Positions 52,901 to 64,000 of a stretch of DNA of 64,000 bases are shown one piece after another. Source of the stretch: Camelus ferus (taxonomy: Eukaryota); assembly GCF_009834535.1 (NCBI RefSeq), contig NC_045696.1, positions 108,316,001 to 108,380,000 of the forward strand, written 5' to 3'. Position 1 is the stretch's first letter. Each line of letters opens with the position of its first letter. The notes under the pieces were generated by a model, which was not told where the DNA came from, did no database searches, and saw only the letters and a list, made by a program, of their open reading frames with translations. A program made the translations under genes and the position numbers.

Positions 52901-53218
52901 GCTGTGGGAAAATTTGTTTAAAATAAGTTGAGGGTTCCAGAGCCCCCCCCCCCCCCCCGCAAAAGAGCAGGAGGAAAGCCGGTGGTTAAGGCAGAGAAAG
53001 ACATGTGGCTGTTTTATTTCTTTGCCACAGCCCTTGGCCTGCTTTAAGGCTGCTGTATTTGACTGACATCACCTTCCTTTGTTGTCTTCCCAGCACTACT
53101 CCCTCCTGGTTCACTGTCTCTCAGGCCGAGTCTCATTTATTGACATTCACTAAATACATATGAATAAACTTCTTTGTGCTTCTGATCGTTTTTCCACTCC
53201 TCTTGTTAAAAACAAGGG

Positions 53219-53525
53219 ATTAGCAGATACTAACTACTGTATATAAAATAGATAAACAACATGGTCCTACAGAATAGCACGGGGAACTATATTCAATATC
53301 TTGTAGTAACCTGTAATGAAAAAGAATATGAGAAAGGAATATATGTATGTATAACTGAATCACTGTGCTGCACACAGAAATTAACACAACATTGTAAACT
53401 GACCGTACTGCAGTAGAAAAAAATAATAAAACCAGCAAAAAAAAAAAAAAAAAAAAACAAAAAAACAAAAAACCAAAATGAAACAAAAACCCTTGACTGT
53501 CAAAGGGGAAAACAAACAAACAAAC
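53219..53525 (+). mobile_element. Short L1 3' end with a long composite tail
   Basis: gattagcagatac..acaacattgtaaactgac plus an A-rich tail. TSD aaaaacaaggg at 53208-53218 and 53526-53536, at a TT/AAAA site. Confidence 0.9.
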
Positions 53526-53804
53526 AAAAACAAGGGCTCTTTAACTCTTCCGTTGTCACTCCACTGACTCTCTCATGGGTCCTGTAAATGTTCTCAGGGC
53601 TTCAGTTTCCAACTACACATGTGAATTCTACATCTAGCCCCTCTCTCTGTTTGAGCTCAGCTCCAGGTTACATTTTGCGCTTCCCCCACCAGCATCTCCA
53701 CCTAGACACCAGGGGCCCGGGCACCCTCCAGAGTGTCAGGCTCCCTGCCCTGCCTGGCAATGTGGTCCCTCTCTTCATGCACAGCACCCCACCCAGTCAC
53801 CCTA

Positions 53805-53930
53805 AAGCATAGGAAAGATATAAATTCCAAGAGGTAGAGATTTTATCTCTTGTTCATCACTGTATCTGCAGTACCTAGAACAACACATGGCAAGTGCTCA
53901 ATAAATATTTCTTGCATGAATAAATGATCA
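53805..53930 (+). mobile_element. L2 3' end
   Basis: ttgttcatcactgtatctgcagtacctagaaca..gtgctcaataaatatttcttgcatgaataaatg. Confidence 0.8.
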
Positions 53931-55718
53931 AATTCTTGGTAGCCCTCTCCATCACTGCTCACATCCAATGAGGCACAAGTTCTCTCATTTCCACTCTGAA
54001 CCCAGGCCTCCTTCTCAAGCTTGTCTGTCTTTTTATAATTCAGACTGCAGTTTTCCACTGCAGTCTCCCTTCGTGGAACCCCAACAGGCACTCTGCTGCA
54101 GTCGAAGCTCCGTAATGCTGCCACCAGACTCAGTGAAATGGTAATGATTGGTTCTCAGAATTGAGGAGCACCCGTAAATAAGTACTTTACCCTCTGCATA
54201 ACACCTAGAAATATTGTTCTCCTTAACAAGACCATGCGAAGTTTGATTCCTTTATTGGCATTTCCCACAGAAGTGTCTTCAGAACAGAAGGTCCTGAAGG
54301 TGCTCTGCAAAGAAAGTTTCCACGATCAGGTGTGCCGAGAAAAGTCAAACACCCGATCTCCATCCTAATGAATCACACATGAGAGTGTTGAAGGATTGGA
54401 TAATTCCTAAAGCAAACGTAAAAAAATAAAATCAGTTTAACTTTGCTTAATTCAGTACCTCCTCTATTTTTAAAAAAGATAAAATCTCCTTTTCTAGGTA
54501 ATTCCAGTGAACAACCAATGGAATGAACATTCAAGTAAAAAAAAAAAAAAATTAGGAAATTTAGAACTAGGCTGTATTAAAGTGGATCTTGCCTTTACCC
54601 TCGCCCCCAAAATTGACATTTTTAGAAATCATATTTGGGTAAAACAGAAGTAATGAACGTAAGTTCAATTATCAAATTTAATGTGGAGATGAGGGTGTAC
54701 AAAGCTATTGACTTTGCATGAAAACTACCTACCTTAACTTCTAGTGGTGGTAGCTTTGGAAGGGATAGCATGCCCAAAGCTTTAAGGAAATGTTGTGGGA
54801 GAAGAATTTAAACTTAAAAAAAAAAAAAAAGGCTCCCTTTAACTTAATCTCTTGGAAAAGATGAAGCAGAACATTGTTGTTTGATGTCAGTGATGGATAA
54901 ATACTGTGAATCTTCAGGTACTTAGTGGAAGAGCAAGTGCACTAAAATACAAACTGACCACATCCCTGACACCCTGACACGCCCAGAACCCACACCATGA
55001 CCCTGAGCTTTGGTTGTCCCCCCTTTCTGGAGGACCCGGATGGGTTGTGGTCTGTCACAACAAATCTGTCACTGGCTCTTCATGGATTCTGCCCTTATGC
55101 TTCCCTGATTCAGCCATCTTGTCATAGGTCTCATTCCATGGGACACTGCTATTTGCCCAGTATTAGAAGTCAGTGTGGCAAAGGAAACTCTCCTGTTAGG
55201 TGCTAATGTGTTCATAGTTTCAGGGTCTCAAGTAAGGTCTGTCTACATTCCCCACAGTCAGCAGTTTAACTGCGTGTTTGATTGACACTAAAATTGATAC
55301 ATTTTTGCCGGGCCATGCTGAAGATATTTTGGGAAGGGCCATTCTAAACTTCTCAAATTGCATCTCTTATGCCAGTGTTTCTAAATCTGGTGGCTCCAGA
55401 TTTTTGGAGCCAAGTGATGTAATGTTGCGGGTCTCACAATTATTCCTAATTTTCAAAAGGCCAGATGATAAGCTATACGCTAGTGGATTAGGAGCCGCAT
55501 CTGGGTCTTCTGTCAGGACTATCACCACCTTCACATTTTGATTGATATCCTCAATACTGAAATGAATAGCAACAATAGATCGACTATGACTAGATAAAAA
55601 GAACACCAACAGGCGCAAACATGAGATTACCATCTCCATGGATCTTGAATAAAGCAGAAAGGCAGTGAAATGAGAAGCACTCCAGGCATGTGCTTGCTAA
55701 CCTCTGGGTCACCGCTGG

Positions 55719-57498
55719 GGAATTAATATTGTTAAAATGTGCATACTACCCAAAGCAATCTATAGAGTTAATAAAATCCCTATCAAAATGCCAATGGCAT
55801 GTTTCACAGAACTGGAACAGATAATTCTAAAATTTGTATAGAACCACAAAAGACCCCAAATAGTTAAAGCAATCTTAAGAAAGAAAATAAAGTTGAAGGT
55901 GTCACACTCTGTTATTTCAAACTATACTATCAACCTATACTAATGAAAACTGTAGAGCACCAGGGCGTGCGTGCATGTGCACGTGCACGTGCGCGTGCAC
56001 GTGCACACACACACACACACACTCACACACACACACAGATCAATGGAATAGAATTGAGAGCCTGGAAATAAATCCACACATATGAGGACAATTAACTTAT
56101 GGTAAAGGAGCCAAGAACATACAACAGAGAGAGGACAGTCTTTTCAGGAAATGGTGTTGGGAAAACTACACAGCCACATGCAAAAGAATGAAACTAGCCC
56201 CACTATTTTATGCCATACACAAAAATTAACTCAAAATAAACCAAAAACTTGAATGTAAGACCTGAAACCATAAAATTCCTAGAAGGAAACATAGGCAGTA
56301 ACCTCACTGACATTGGTCTTAGAGAAGTTTTTGTGAATCTGACTGCAAAGGCAAGGGAGACAATAGCAAATATGAACAAGTGGGATGACATCTAACTAAA
56401 AAAAGCTTTTGCACAGTAAAGGAAACCATCGACAAAATGAAAAGGCAAATTGCCGAATGGGAGAAGATATTTACAAATAATGTATCCCATAAGGGATTAA
56501 TATCCAAAAGTATATATAAAGAACTCACATAATTTAATATCAAAAAGCAAACAATACAATTTAAGAAAGGGACAGAGGACCTGAATAGACATTTTTCCAA
56601 GGAAGACATACAGATGGTCAACAAGCACATGAAAAGATGCTCCACATCACAAATCATCATGTAAATGTAAACCAAAATCACAACAAGAGATCACCTCATG
56701 CCTATCAGAATGACCATTATCAAAAAGAGAACAAAAAGCAAGTTTTGATGATGGATATGGAGAAAAGGGAACCCTCATGCTCTGCTGGTGGGACTGTAAA
56801 TTGGTGGAGCCGTTATGGAAAATAGTATGGAGTTTCCTCGAAAAATTAAAAATAGAACTACCTTATGATCCAGCAATCCCACTTCTGGGCATTTATCTGA
56901 AGAACACAAAAACAATCGCTTAAAAGGTAAATGCATCCCTAGTTTATTGCAGCAGTATTTGGAGTAGCCTAGATTTGGATGTGCCCATCAATAGGTAAAT
57001 GGATAAAGAAGACATGGTATATACATACACAATGCAATATTACTCTGCCATGAAAAAGAAAGAAACCTTGTCATTTGTGAAAAAAAAAATGGATGGACTT
57101 GAAGGGTATTTTGCTAAGTGAAATAGGTCATACAGTGAAAGACAGATACCATATGATTTCACTTACATGCAGGATCTAAAAAATCAAAACAACTAACCAA
57201 ACAACAGACTCGTAGATACAGAGAACAAACTGGTGGTTGCAAGGGGGGAGGAAGTGCGGAGTTGGACAAAATAGGTGAAAGGAATTAATACAAACTTCCA
57301 AGTATAAAATAAAAGTAATGAGTATGTAATGTACAGCATAGGAAATGTAGTCAATAATATTGCAATAACTTTGTATGGTGACAGATGGTTGCTAGACTTA
57401 CTGTGGCAATCAATTCAGAATGTCTACAAATATAAAATCACTACACTGTACACCTGAAACTAATATTGTTTGTCAACCATACTTCAAAGAAGAAAAAA
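55719..57498 (+). mobile_element. Truncated L1 (ORF2 3' part and 3' UTR, L1MA-like), decayed
   Basis: gaattaatattgttaaaatg..atactacccaaagcaatcta..ccttatgatccagcaatccc..gtcaaccatacttcaa. Confidence 0.9.
55965..56037. repeat. Alternating purine-pyrimidine tract: (GTGCAC)n then (AC)n
   Basis: 58 bp of unbroken RY alternation at 55965-56022. Confidence 0.9.
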
Positions 57499-57499
57499 T

Positions 57500-58300
57500 C
57501 TGAGATAATTTAAAAAATAATTACACTAGGAATAAGAAATTATGAAACAAGGCCAGTAAAGTGAAACAAAAACAGATGCACACAGTAAAAGTCAAGCAAT
57601 AAAAATAAAAACTACAGTCACTGACATGAAAACTTAACGGATGAGATAAATTCTAAACTGGATGTGTCTGAAGAGGAATGGAATGAATTGGAAACGGCAC
57701 TGAGGAGTGTATTCAAATCCAGAACAGAGGGGGAGGAGATGTAAAAATAAGAAAGGCATAGTTCAAAGACGTGGAAGATACTTTAATATTATCCAATAAA
57801 TATTTCACAAGGATTTCAAGAGAAAATAGAAATCATAGCAGAGACACAAGCATTGAAAAGAGCTAAGACGTCTTTAGAATCAAAGAAAGGCATGGGTCAT
57901 GAGAGCTCACCTACCTTTAGAGTGCTTAAAAATAAATAGAGTCCACTCTGGGACACATCATGGGAAACTGTGTTACTTGAAGAGCAGAAAACAATCTCAG
58001 AAGGCAACAGAGAGAGGAGATAGGGCAAGAGGTAAGCAACAATCAGGCTGACAGCAAATTTCTCAGCAAAAAGAGAGGCTGGAATAAAATTATATACTTA
58101 CAGTCCTGAAGTGCCTAACTTTTTTTGCATACCTCAGCAGACTTTCACTCAAAAGGCAAAATGAAGACGTCTGGAGACATCAAAAAATGAAGACAGTTTG
58201 CCAACTACATTTCTCTCCTCATAAAAAGTAGGCAAATAAACAAACAAAAATCGTAAGAGGGACACTTGAGATACAGAAGGAAAGTCAGCCAAGAAGGAAG
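57500..58300 (+). mobile_element. Old L1M/HAL1 ORF1-region relic
   Basis: A-rich; ctggatgtgtctgaagagga..gaattggaaa..aatcaggctgacagcaaatttctcagca resembles the ORF1 region. Confidence 0.55.
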
Positions 58301-58837
58301 GCGTGGGGTAGGAGAAACAATGGGGAACTCAGAGAGTAGTAAGCTCTGCTCGTAAATGTGATAAACCCATCACCGTGGAAAGCAATATGGCAGAGTTAAA
58401 CAAAGTCAACTCTAAAAAACTATTTTAGGAGGTTAGCTGGCAATATTGCATAATTTTGTGTTTTATTATAATAATGATAGATTATGGATGCTAAGTAGTT
58501 TGTATTGCTCCATATTATTGGTTGGCTTCATAGCTTTCTTTTTCTTTTCAGCTCTTTTTTTTTTCCTCACGTGGATGCTTTCGGGTATATAGTATCCATC
58601 TTTAACTTATCACAGTGTCTCTTCAAGGAGCATTACAGGACTTCAAGTAGAGTGTAATAACCGAACAACCGTAATTCTCCACTCCCCACTCCTGTTCTTT
58701 GTGCTATGGTTATACATTTTACTTCTGCATGTATTATAAACCCTTCAATTCATTGATATTACTTTTGCTTTAAATCACTTATCTGCTAAAGAGAATCTTT
58801 TAAATAAGGAAAGAAAGAATCTTTCATATTTATCTAC

Positions 58838-59309
58838 TGTATTAGTTTCTTATGGCTGTCATAACAAATTATCTCAAACTTTGTAGCTTAGAAGTAAAGA
58901 AATTTATTTTCTCACAGTTCTGGAAGCCAGAAGTCCAAAATCAAGGTGTCAGCAAAGCCAGGCTCCCTCTGGGGACCCTGGGGGCAGGTCCACTCCAGGC
59001 CTCTCTTTTAGTTTCCGGGGGCTGCCAGCAATCCTTGGTGTCCCTGGGCTTGGAGCTCTGTCGCTCTGATCTCTGCCTCTGCCTTCACGTCACCTTCCTC
59101 TCTGTGTGTCTGCGTCTCGTCTTCTGTCTGACTTCCCCCTGCCTCACTCTTAACAAGGGATTTAGGACTCACCCGGATTATCCAAGATGATCTCCTCTCA
59201 AAGTCTTTAACTTATTTGCACACTTCTCCCAAATAAAGTGACATTCACAAGTTCCAGGAATTAGGATGTGCATGTATCTTTTTGGAGACCATCATTCAAC
59301 CCACCAACA
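58838..59309 (-). mobile_element. MaLR LTR (MLT1C/D-like)
   Basis: tgtattagtttcttatggctgtcataacaaatta..ctcacagttctggaagccagaagtcc..attcaacccaccaaca. Confidence 0.85.
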
Positions 59310-61489
59310 TCATGAAGATGTGAAGCAATGGGAACTATCGCAAGCTGTTGGCAAGAACAATCTGGCAACATATAGTAAATAAATATATATATATGGTAAT
59401 TCCCTTCTTGTACCAGGAAACATGCACACACACACATGTATATTTCTCTCTATATATGTATTTATATATTTTTCTCTCTCTCCTCTCTCTCCATGTGTAT
59501 ATATGGAGACAGTGTCTGACCCATTGCTTGTTTCTGAGGTCGGAAGACTGAGTCCAAAAGATGGGTCAAATGCTTTCTCCAGTCCTCCTGCTGACCGGCG
59601 ACTCCAGGAAAATTTTGCTCTGATGCTGATGTCTCTCCCTCCTATTCCGTTTTATTCCCCCTGATTTTAAAAGAAATGGCCCTCAATTTGGTATTTATAT
59701 TTTCCTCTTCACTCCTTCCGCCCACGTTGCAGTGCCCTGCAAATGGACTGGGTGGTGCCCTGGGGCTACTGGGGTTTCCAGGGATCTCTGGGCAGAGTCT
59801 TATGAAAATCAAACAGCCTCGCCTTCTTTGAGCTCGTTTGTTCAAGGGCATTCCTGTAAAAGGAGTTTCCTTAAAGCGGGGTCTACCCAGTCATTATTAC
59901 CCAGAGCAGAGCTGTCAGACACCTCATTGTTTGGGGAGAACACTGAACTGGATGAATGAGGCGGTGTAATTGGGCCCTGATCCAGCCTTGAATCCCACAG
60001 CAGGAAAGGGGGGCCTTTCATCCCCCCGCAGCCCCACCTCCTCACCCCGGCTTGCTGGGAGACACCGGCAGGGCTGTCAAGGGAGCCCAGAAAAGAGAGC
60101 TCGAGGACGAGATCTGAGGCCCTTTAAAGATCTTGCATCTAACAGAGGAAGATTTCCTCTAACCGGCAGGAGACAGATGCACGGCAGGCTCAGAGAGAGA
60201 CATCAGAGGAGGGGGCCATCCCCAGTGCTAAGGGCTTTCGGGGATGGAGGAAGTGGGAGCGGGCCTGGAGGCGCTGGGGCTTGCTGTGTGTCCCCGGACC
60301 TGGCTGACCACATGGTCACAGACGCTCAGGGTCCCTGAAAGGCCAGGCTAAGAGGAGCCCTCATTGCACACTTGGCCCAGGGGGAACAGACAGTCACGAG
60401 TCACGTGGTAGGTTAGTGGTCCAGCTGAGCAGGGCCTCCTAAAGAATACAAAGAGGCTGAGTGTCTATGGAGGACATTCCTCTCTCGGTCCTGCTCTCAG
60501 ATCCTGGTCTCCGGCTGCACAGAGCTGAGCAGTGTGTCCAGATGTGCACCCTGATACCCCAAGGTCAGGAGAGACCTCCGTGTCTCTCTTCCTCTTGTAG
60601 AATTTCTCACTCCAGACTCGTTTTTGTCAGTCCTGCTCTGATCCCCGGGGACCAACAGGATGCAGCACACTGGATTCAGGGTAGCAGCTCTGGGCTCTGT
60701 CCGAGGGGTCTTGGCAAAGCACCTGAATGAAAACACCTCAAGGTCAGCCCTATGCCAAGCGTCTTCTCCTGACCATTGTTCTAAGTCCCCACCTTCTCCA
60801 ACAGGGATGAGTGCGGACAGCATCTGGACCAGCCTTGCCCTCTGGCCCTGCTCACCGTGCAGCTAGAGAACTGTTCCAGCTGTGCATATCTGACCGAGCC
60901 ATCCCAGCCCCTCGCTCACACCTCACACCCCCTACACCTGCACTGACTTCCATTTCCACTTGGTATAAAGCCCAGGCTCCTCATAGAGGCTTACGAGGCC
61001 CTTCACACTGGGGACCACCCAGAGCTTCAGCATCAGCTTGCACACTGTCTACGTACCCAACCTCTTGGGTCAGTCAAGGTCAACGTGGAGCTGAGGATGC
61101 AGATGACACGGAACCCGCCTGGACGTCTCTTTCCAGGCACCACCCCCTTCGCGCGCCTGGGCTGACGTCCACTCTTGCAGCTCCCCTCTCTTGGTCCACA
61201 CACTCACTCGAAATGAGAAAAGCTCAGTTTTGAAAGAAGAGCCAAGACTCCAGCCTCAGTCCCCTGGACCTCAAAACCAGACCGTGGCCCTCAGCACAGG
61301 GATACCACATCTAGGTGGAAGAACACTGCTGTACCTGGCTCAGTCTTCTGTCCCAGACTTGCCACAGCCCCCTCAAAAGGGGCTTTGAGGCTTTCTGAGC
61401 CGCCCTGGTGGGTGTGCTCCCACCACCCCGGCCACGCAGTGGGAAAGATCGTCCAGGCACTTCAGGGTTTTTTTCCTTTTCAAAAAACT

Positions 61490-61640
61490 TTTCTTCTATC
61501 AATATTTGATGAGGGTAATTTCAAAGACTTGTTTAGTATGATCTGCACATAAGGAGCCCTTCGGAGTATTTATCACGCTCGGGGTATAATTACATTCAAA
61601 TCCTGAGACACTGTTGCTAGGTTACTGTTGCTGGAGGTTC
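61490..61640. promoter_or_regulatory. Candidate enhancer with an RFX X-box-like site
   Basis: GTTGCTAGGTTAC at 61613-61625 plus a second GTTGCT half site; TAATTA; paired-box-like ATCACGCTC. Confidence 0.4.
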
Positions 61641-62354
61641 CTCTGACTTCCATGCTCGAGGTGCTCCGCCTCCCCCTTGTGATGTTAGGGGCAGGGGACT
61701 GGCAGGGTAGGGCTCTCCAATCCTCTTAATGAAGGTGGGATGCTGGGACCTCTCCTACACTTGAGAGAGAGCGCGTGTGCCCCCAGGGGCACGGTGCACA
61801 CCTCCCCAGGTGGGGCTGGAGGTACAAATCACGTGGTTCCTGCAAGCAAGATTAAAGAGGTGGGAAGGGATAAAAGAGGGCAGTTGCTGCCTTGAGAGAC
61901 TGCCCAGGAGGAATCATCTCTGAGCCTTCCCTCCCGCACTGATTCTTCCTGGGAACTGAGCACACATCCTGCATCCTCCGAGGGCCCCAGGAGGAGTTCC
62001 ATTCTGGTGCCAGGAGGCTGCCCTTGTCCAAGGACACAGGCAGCTTCTGAGGGGACAGCACCTGCCTTCTGGGCGGAACAGCACTGGGTTTCCCAGTGGA
62101 AAGTGAAAATTCAGGGTGAGGAGCTGGAGGCCGGCCCCTCTCCTAGTGAGGTTCCCCCATGGGACCACTGTGTAAACTGGGTGAGGGGCGGCTGGAGTGT
62201 TGAACCCAGGCTGCCTGCACTGATGCCTTTGTGGTGTGGAAAGAGGGGCAGGAGGACTTCTTTCAGGCTCATATTTGCAAACGGCCTCAAATGTAGACTT
62301 TCAGTGTTATTTCCAAGTGAGGCTAAGTGGGCAATTGTTGCTCTCTCTTTTTTC

Positions 62355-62510
62355 CATCTTTTTAAAAAATGTAGGTCTTATTTATTTATTTATTTAGTGG
62401 GAGGGGGTACTCAGGTCTATTTATTTATTTTTAGAGGAAGTACCATGCATTCAACCCAGGACCTTGTGTATGCTAAGCATGCACTCTAGCCCTTGAGATA
62501 TACCATCCCC
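62355..62510 (-). mobile_element. Camelid tRNA-Ala-derived SINE (older variant)
   Basis: ttcaacccaggaccttgtgtatgctaagcatgcactctagcccttgagatatacc. Confidence 0.8.
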
Positions 62511-62569
62511 GTTTGGTTTTTTTTTTTTCATTTTGTGGTCTTTTTTTTGTTTTTTTTTTTTTTTTCTGC

Positions 62570-63680
62570 CACAGTTAAAGGAGTCAACTTGTTAAATGTA
62601 AGCCTTTAAAATATACCACATATTTACTACTCCGTTTTGGCATTTACATTTCTTTTCAATCAACAAGGACCTTTCAGCCCAGGAAGTTGCCCGTGCCCCC
62701 GTCTACCTCTGAAAGCCTGGTTTAATTTCTCCCCGCCTGCACCTGGCACCTTGCAGTAGTTTGCTAATCCCAGGATGCTGCCTTCCTGGCCATACACTGA
62801 TTAATGGCTGGTCAGGGCTGAACCCACACATTTGTGTTTAATGAACTACTGAGTCAGCACCACTGGCCTTGGGGAAAGAAAAAAAGGAAGTAAAACTCAG
62901 GCGGATGGGTTTGGGATGGAGTTTAGCATTGGATTTGCATTTCCTGACTCTGCTGTCCCATCTATTTCCCATTGGTCTTTAGAAATGAGCTAGATGGAAT
63001 TGTGTTTCCTATTGCAAATTTTAAATAAGGTGGATGACACCTTAGGCATTCCTATCCACCATCCCCTGGGTATAGCTGCAAATACGCTTTTAAACCTCAG
63101 AGCAATTTCCCCAGTCATCACGGAGCAATGATTGCTGTTAAAAAGGAGATATACCCAGGCACACACACGGTGTTTGTCGCTCATCAGTGGGGACTATCGA
63201 TTGTTGTCAATTTTTAATGCAAAAAATAATTAAAGACTTAGCAGCTGTTCAAAATGTTTACAAACAGATTTACTGTTAGTGTTTATCTTCAAAACCACAA
63301 GCAAGATCTGGAGATAATTCCTAGAGACATCAGCCAGCTAAAACACATTTTGTTTCAACATTAAAAGTTTTTAAGCCTCGTGTCAGGAGACAGTGCAGAG
63401 AGTAGACTTTTAGTCACTGAGGAGGTTAGTAAGCTGGGGAAAGCAGATTCTCTACTAAATGGCAAAGGATTCCTGGATTCTTCTAACTGATACGGGAGAG
63501 TGAGAAGGTGTGACAACATTGGTTAATTGTGGGATTCTTTGTTTTAGAGAATTGCACATCTGATCCTTGCGTTTGTCAATTGGCTTGTTCCAATAAGAAG
63601 AGCCACTTCCGGTTTTGCTGACCCCACCCCCACCCCCACCCCAGGGCCGTGACTCAGTCTCTGCTCAGGAAGTCTTCCCA
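62570..63680. promoter_or_regulatory. Candidate enhancer cluster
   Basis: No recognisable repeat. PBX-HOX TGATTAATGG 62798, FOX TGTTTAC 63255, ETS CACTTCCGG 63604, three CACCC boxes, AP-1 TGACTCA 63650. Confidence 0.45.
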
Positions 63681-64000
63681 GTCTTCTGAGAGAAGGGAAG
63701 ACAATCCAGAAATACCATCTGTATCACCCAAGAAAACAGGATCCAGAGCAGAGTTCAACTGAGGGAGTTTGCTATGGGAAAATAGTTATAGCGGGGCTGG
63801 AAAAAATGAAAATGGGATGGTGAGGCAACCCAGAGGTTAACAAGAGAAACCATTGCCGCCCCTAGGCTGGGGAAGCCAAGGGAAGGGATGGAGTGACTGA
63901 AGCCCAGGAGCTGGGGCTGCCTTGTGGGAGCTGAGGCCATCTGGCCAATGGTGCCTTTCCCCAAAGCAGAGAGAAAGGAAAGATGTTCCCTGGATTCTCC

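Noticed and set aside
52943..52958. C16 homopolymer
   Set aside because: An isolated run in L2-derived sequence, with assembly-sensitive length and no supporting context.
1..64000. CRISPR array, operon or other prokaryote-style novel system; identity of the neighbouring gene
   Set aside because: The sequence is repeat-rich mammalian DNA with no repeat-spacer array or gene cluster. No exon is available to name the locus.

Overview
This is mammalian nuclear DNA, most likely camelid (alpaca/llama/camel). The inference rests on seven tRNA-Ala(AGC)-derived SINEs of the camelid Vic-1 type and cetartiodactyl-style L1 3' UTRs. I can support no protein-coding gene: the ORFs in the track are chance ORFs or decayed L1 ORF2 pieces. 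The window is intergenic or deep intronic and heavily filled with transposable elements: L1 of several ages, L2, MIR, CR1/L3, MaLR/ERV solo LTRs, and hAT and Tigger DNA transposons. Repeat-free, motif-dense blocks that look like developmental enhancers lie at about 20.0-20.6, 27.4-27.8, 38.0-38.3, 61.5-61.6 and 62.6-63.7 kb. The most unusual structure is a solo ERV LTR (21219-21729) sitting exactly between two copies of an 83-bp direct repeat, where a 4-6 bp target-site duplication (TSD) is expected. A second LTR of the same family (40887-41324) also has an extended flanking duplication. Also present are a twin-primed inverted L1, an L1 nested in an L1, a close inverted SINE pair, and a CpG-rich palindromic Z-DNA-type tract. 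I see no evidence for a new gene-encoded system. Repeat family names come from recalled consensus features, not a database search, and boundaries of old repeats are approximate.
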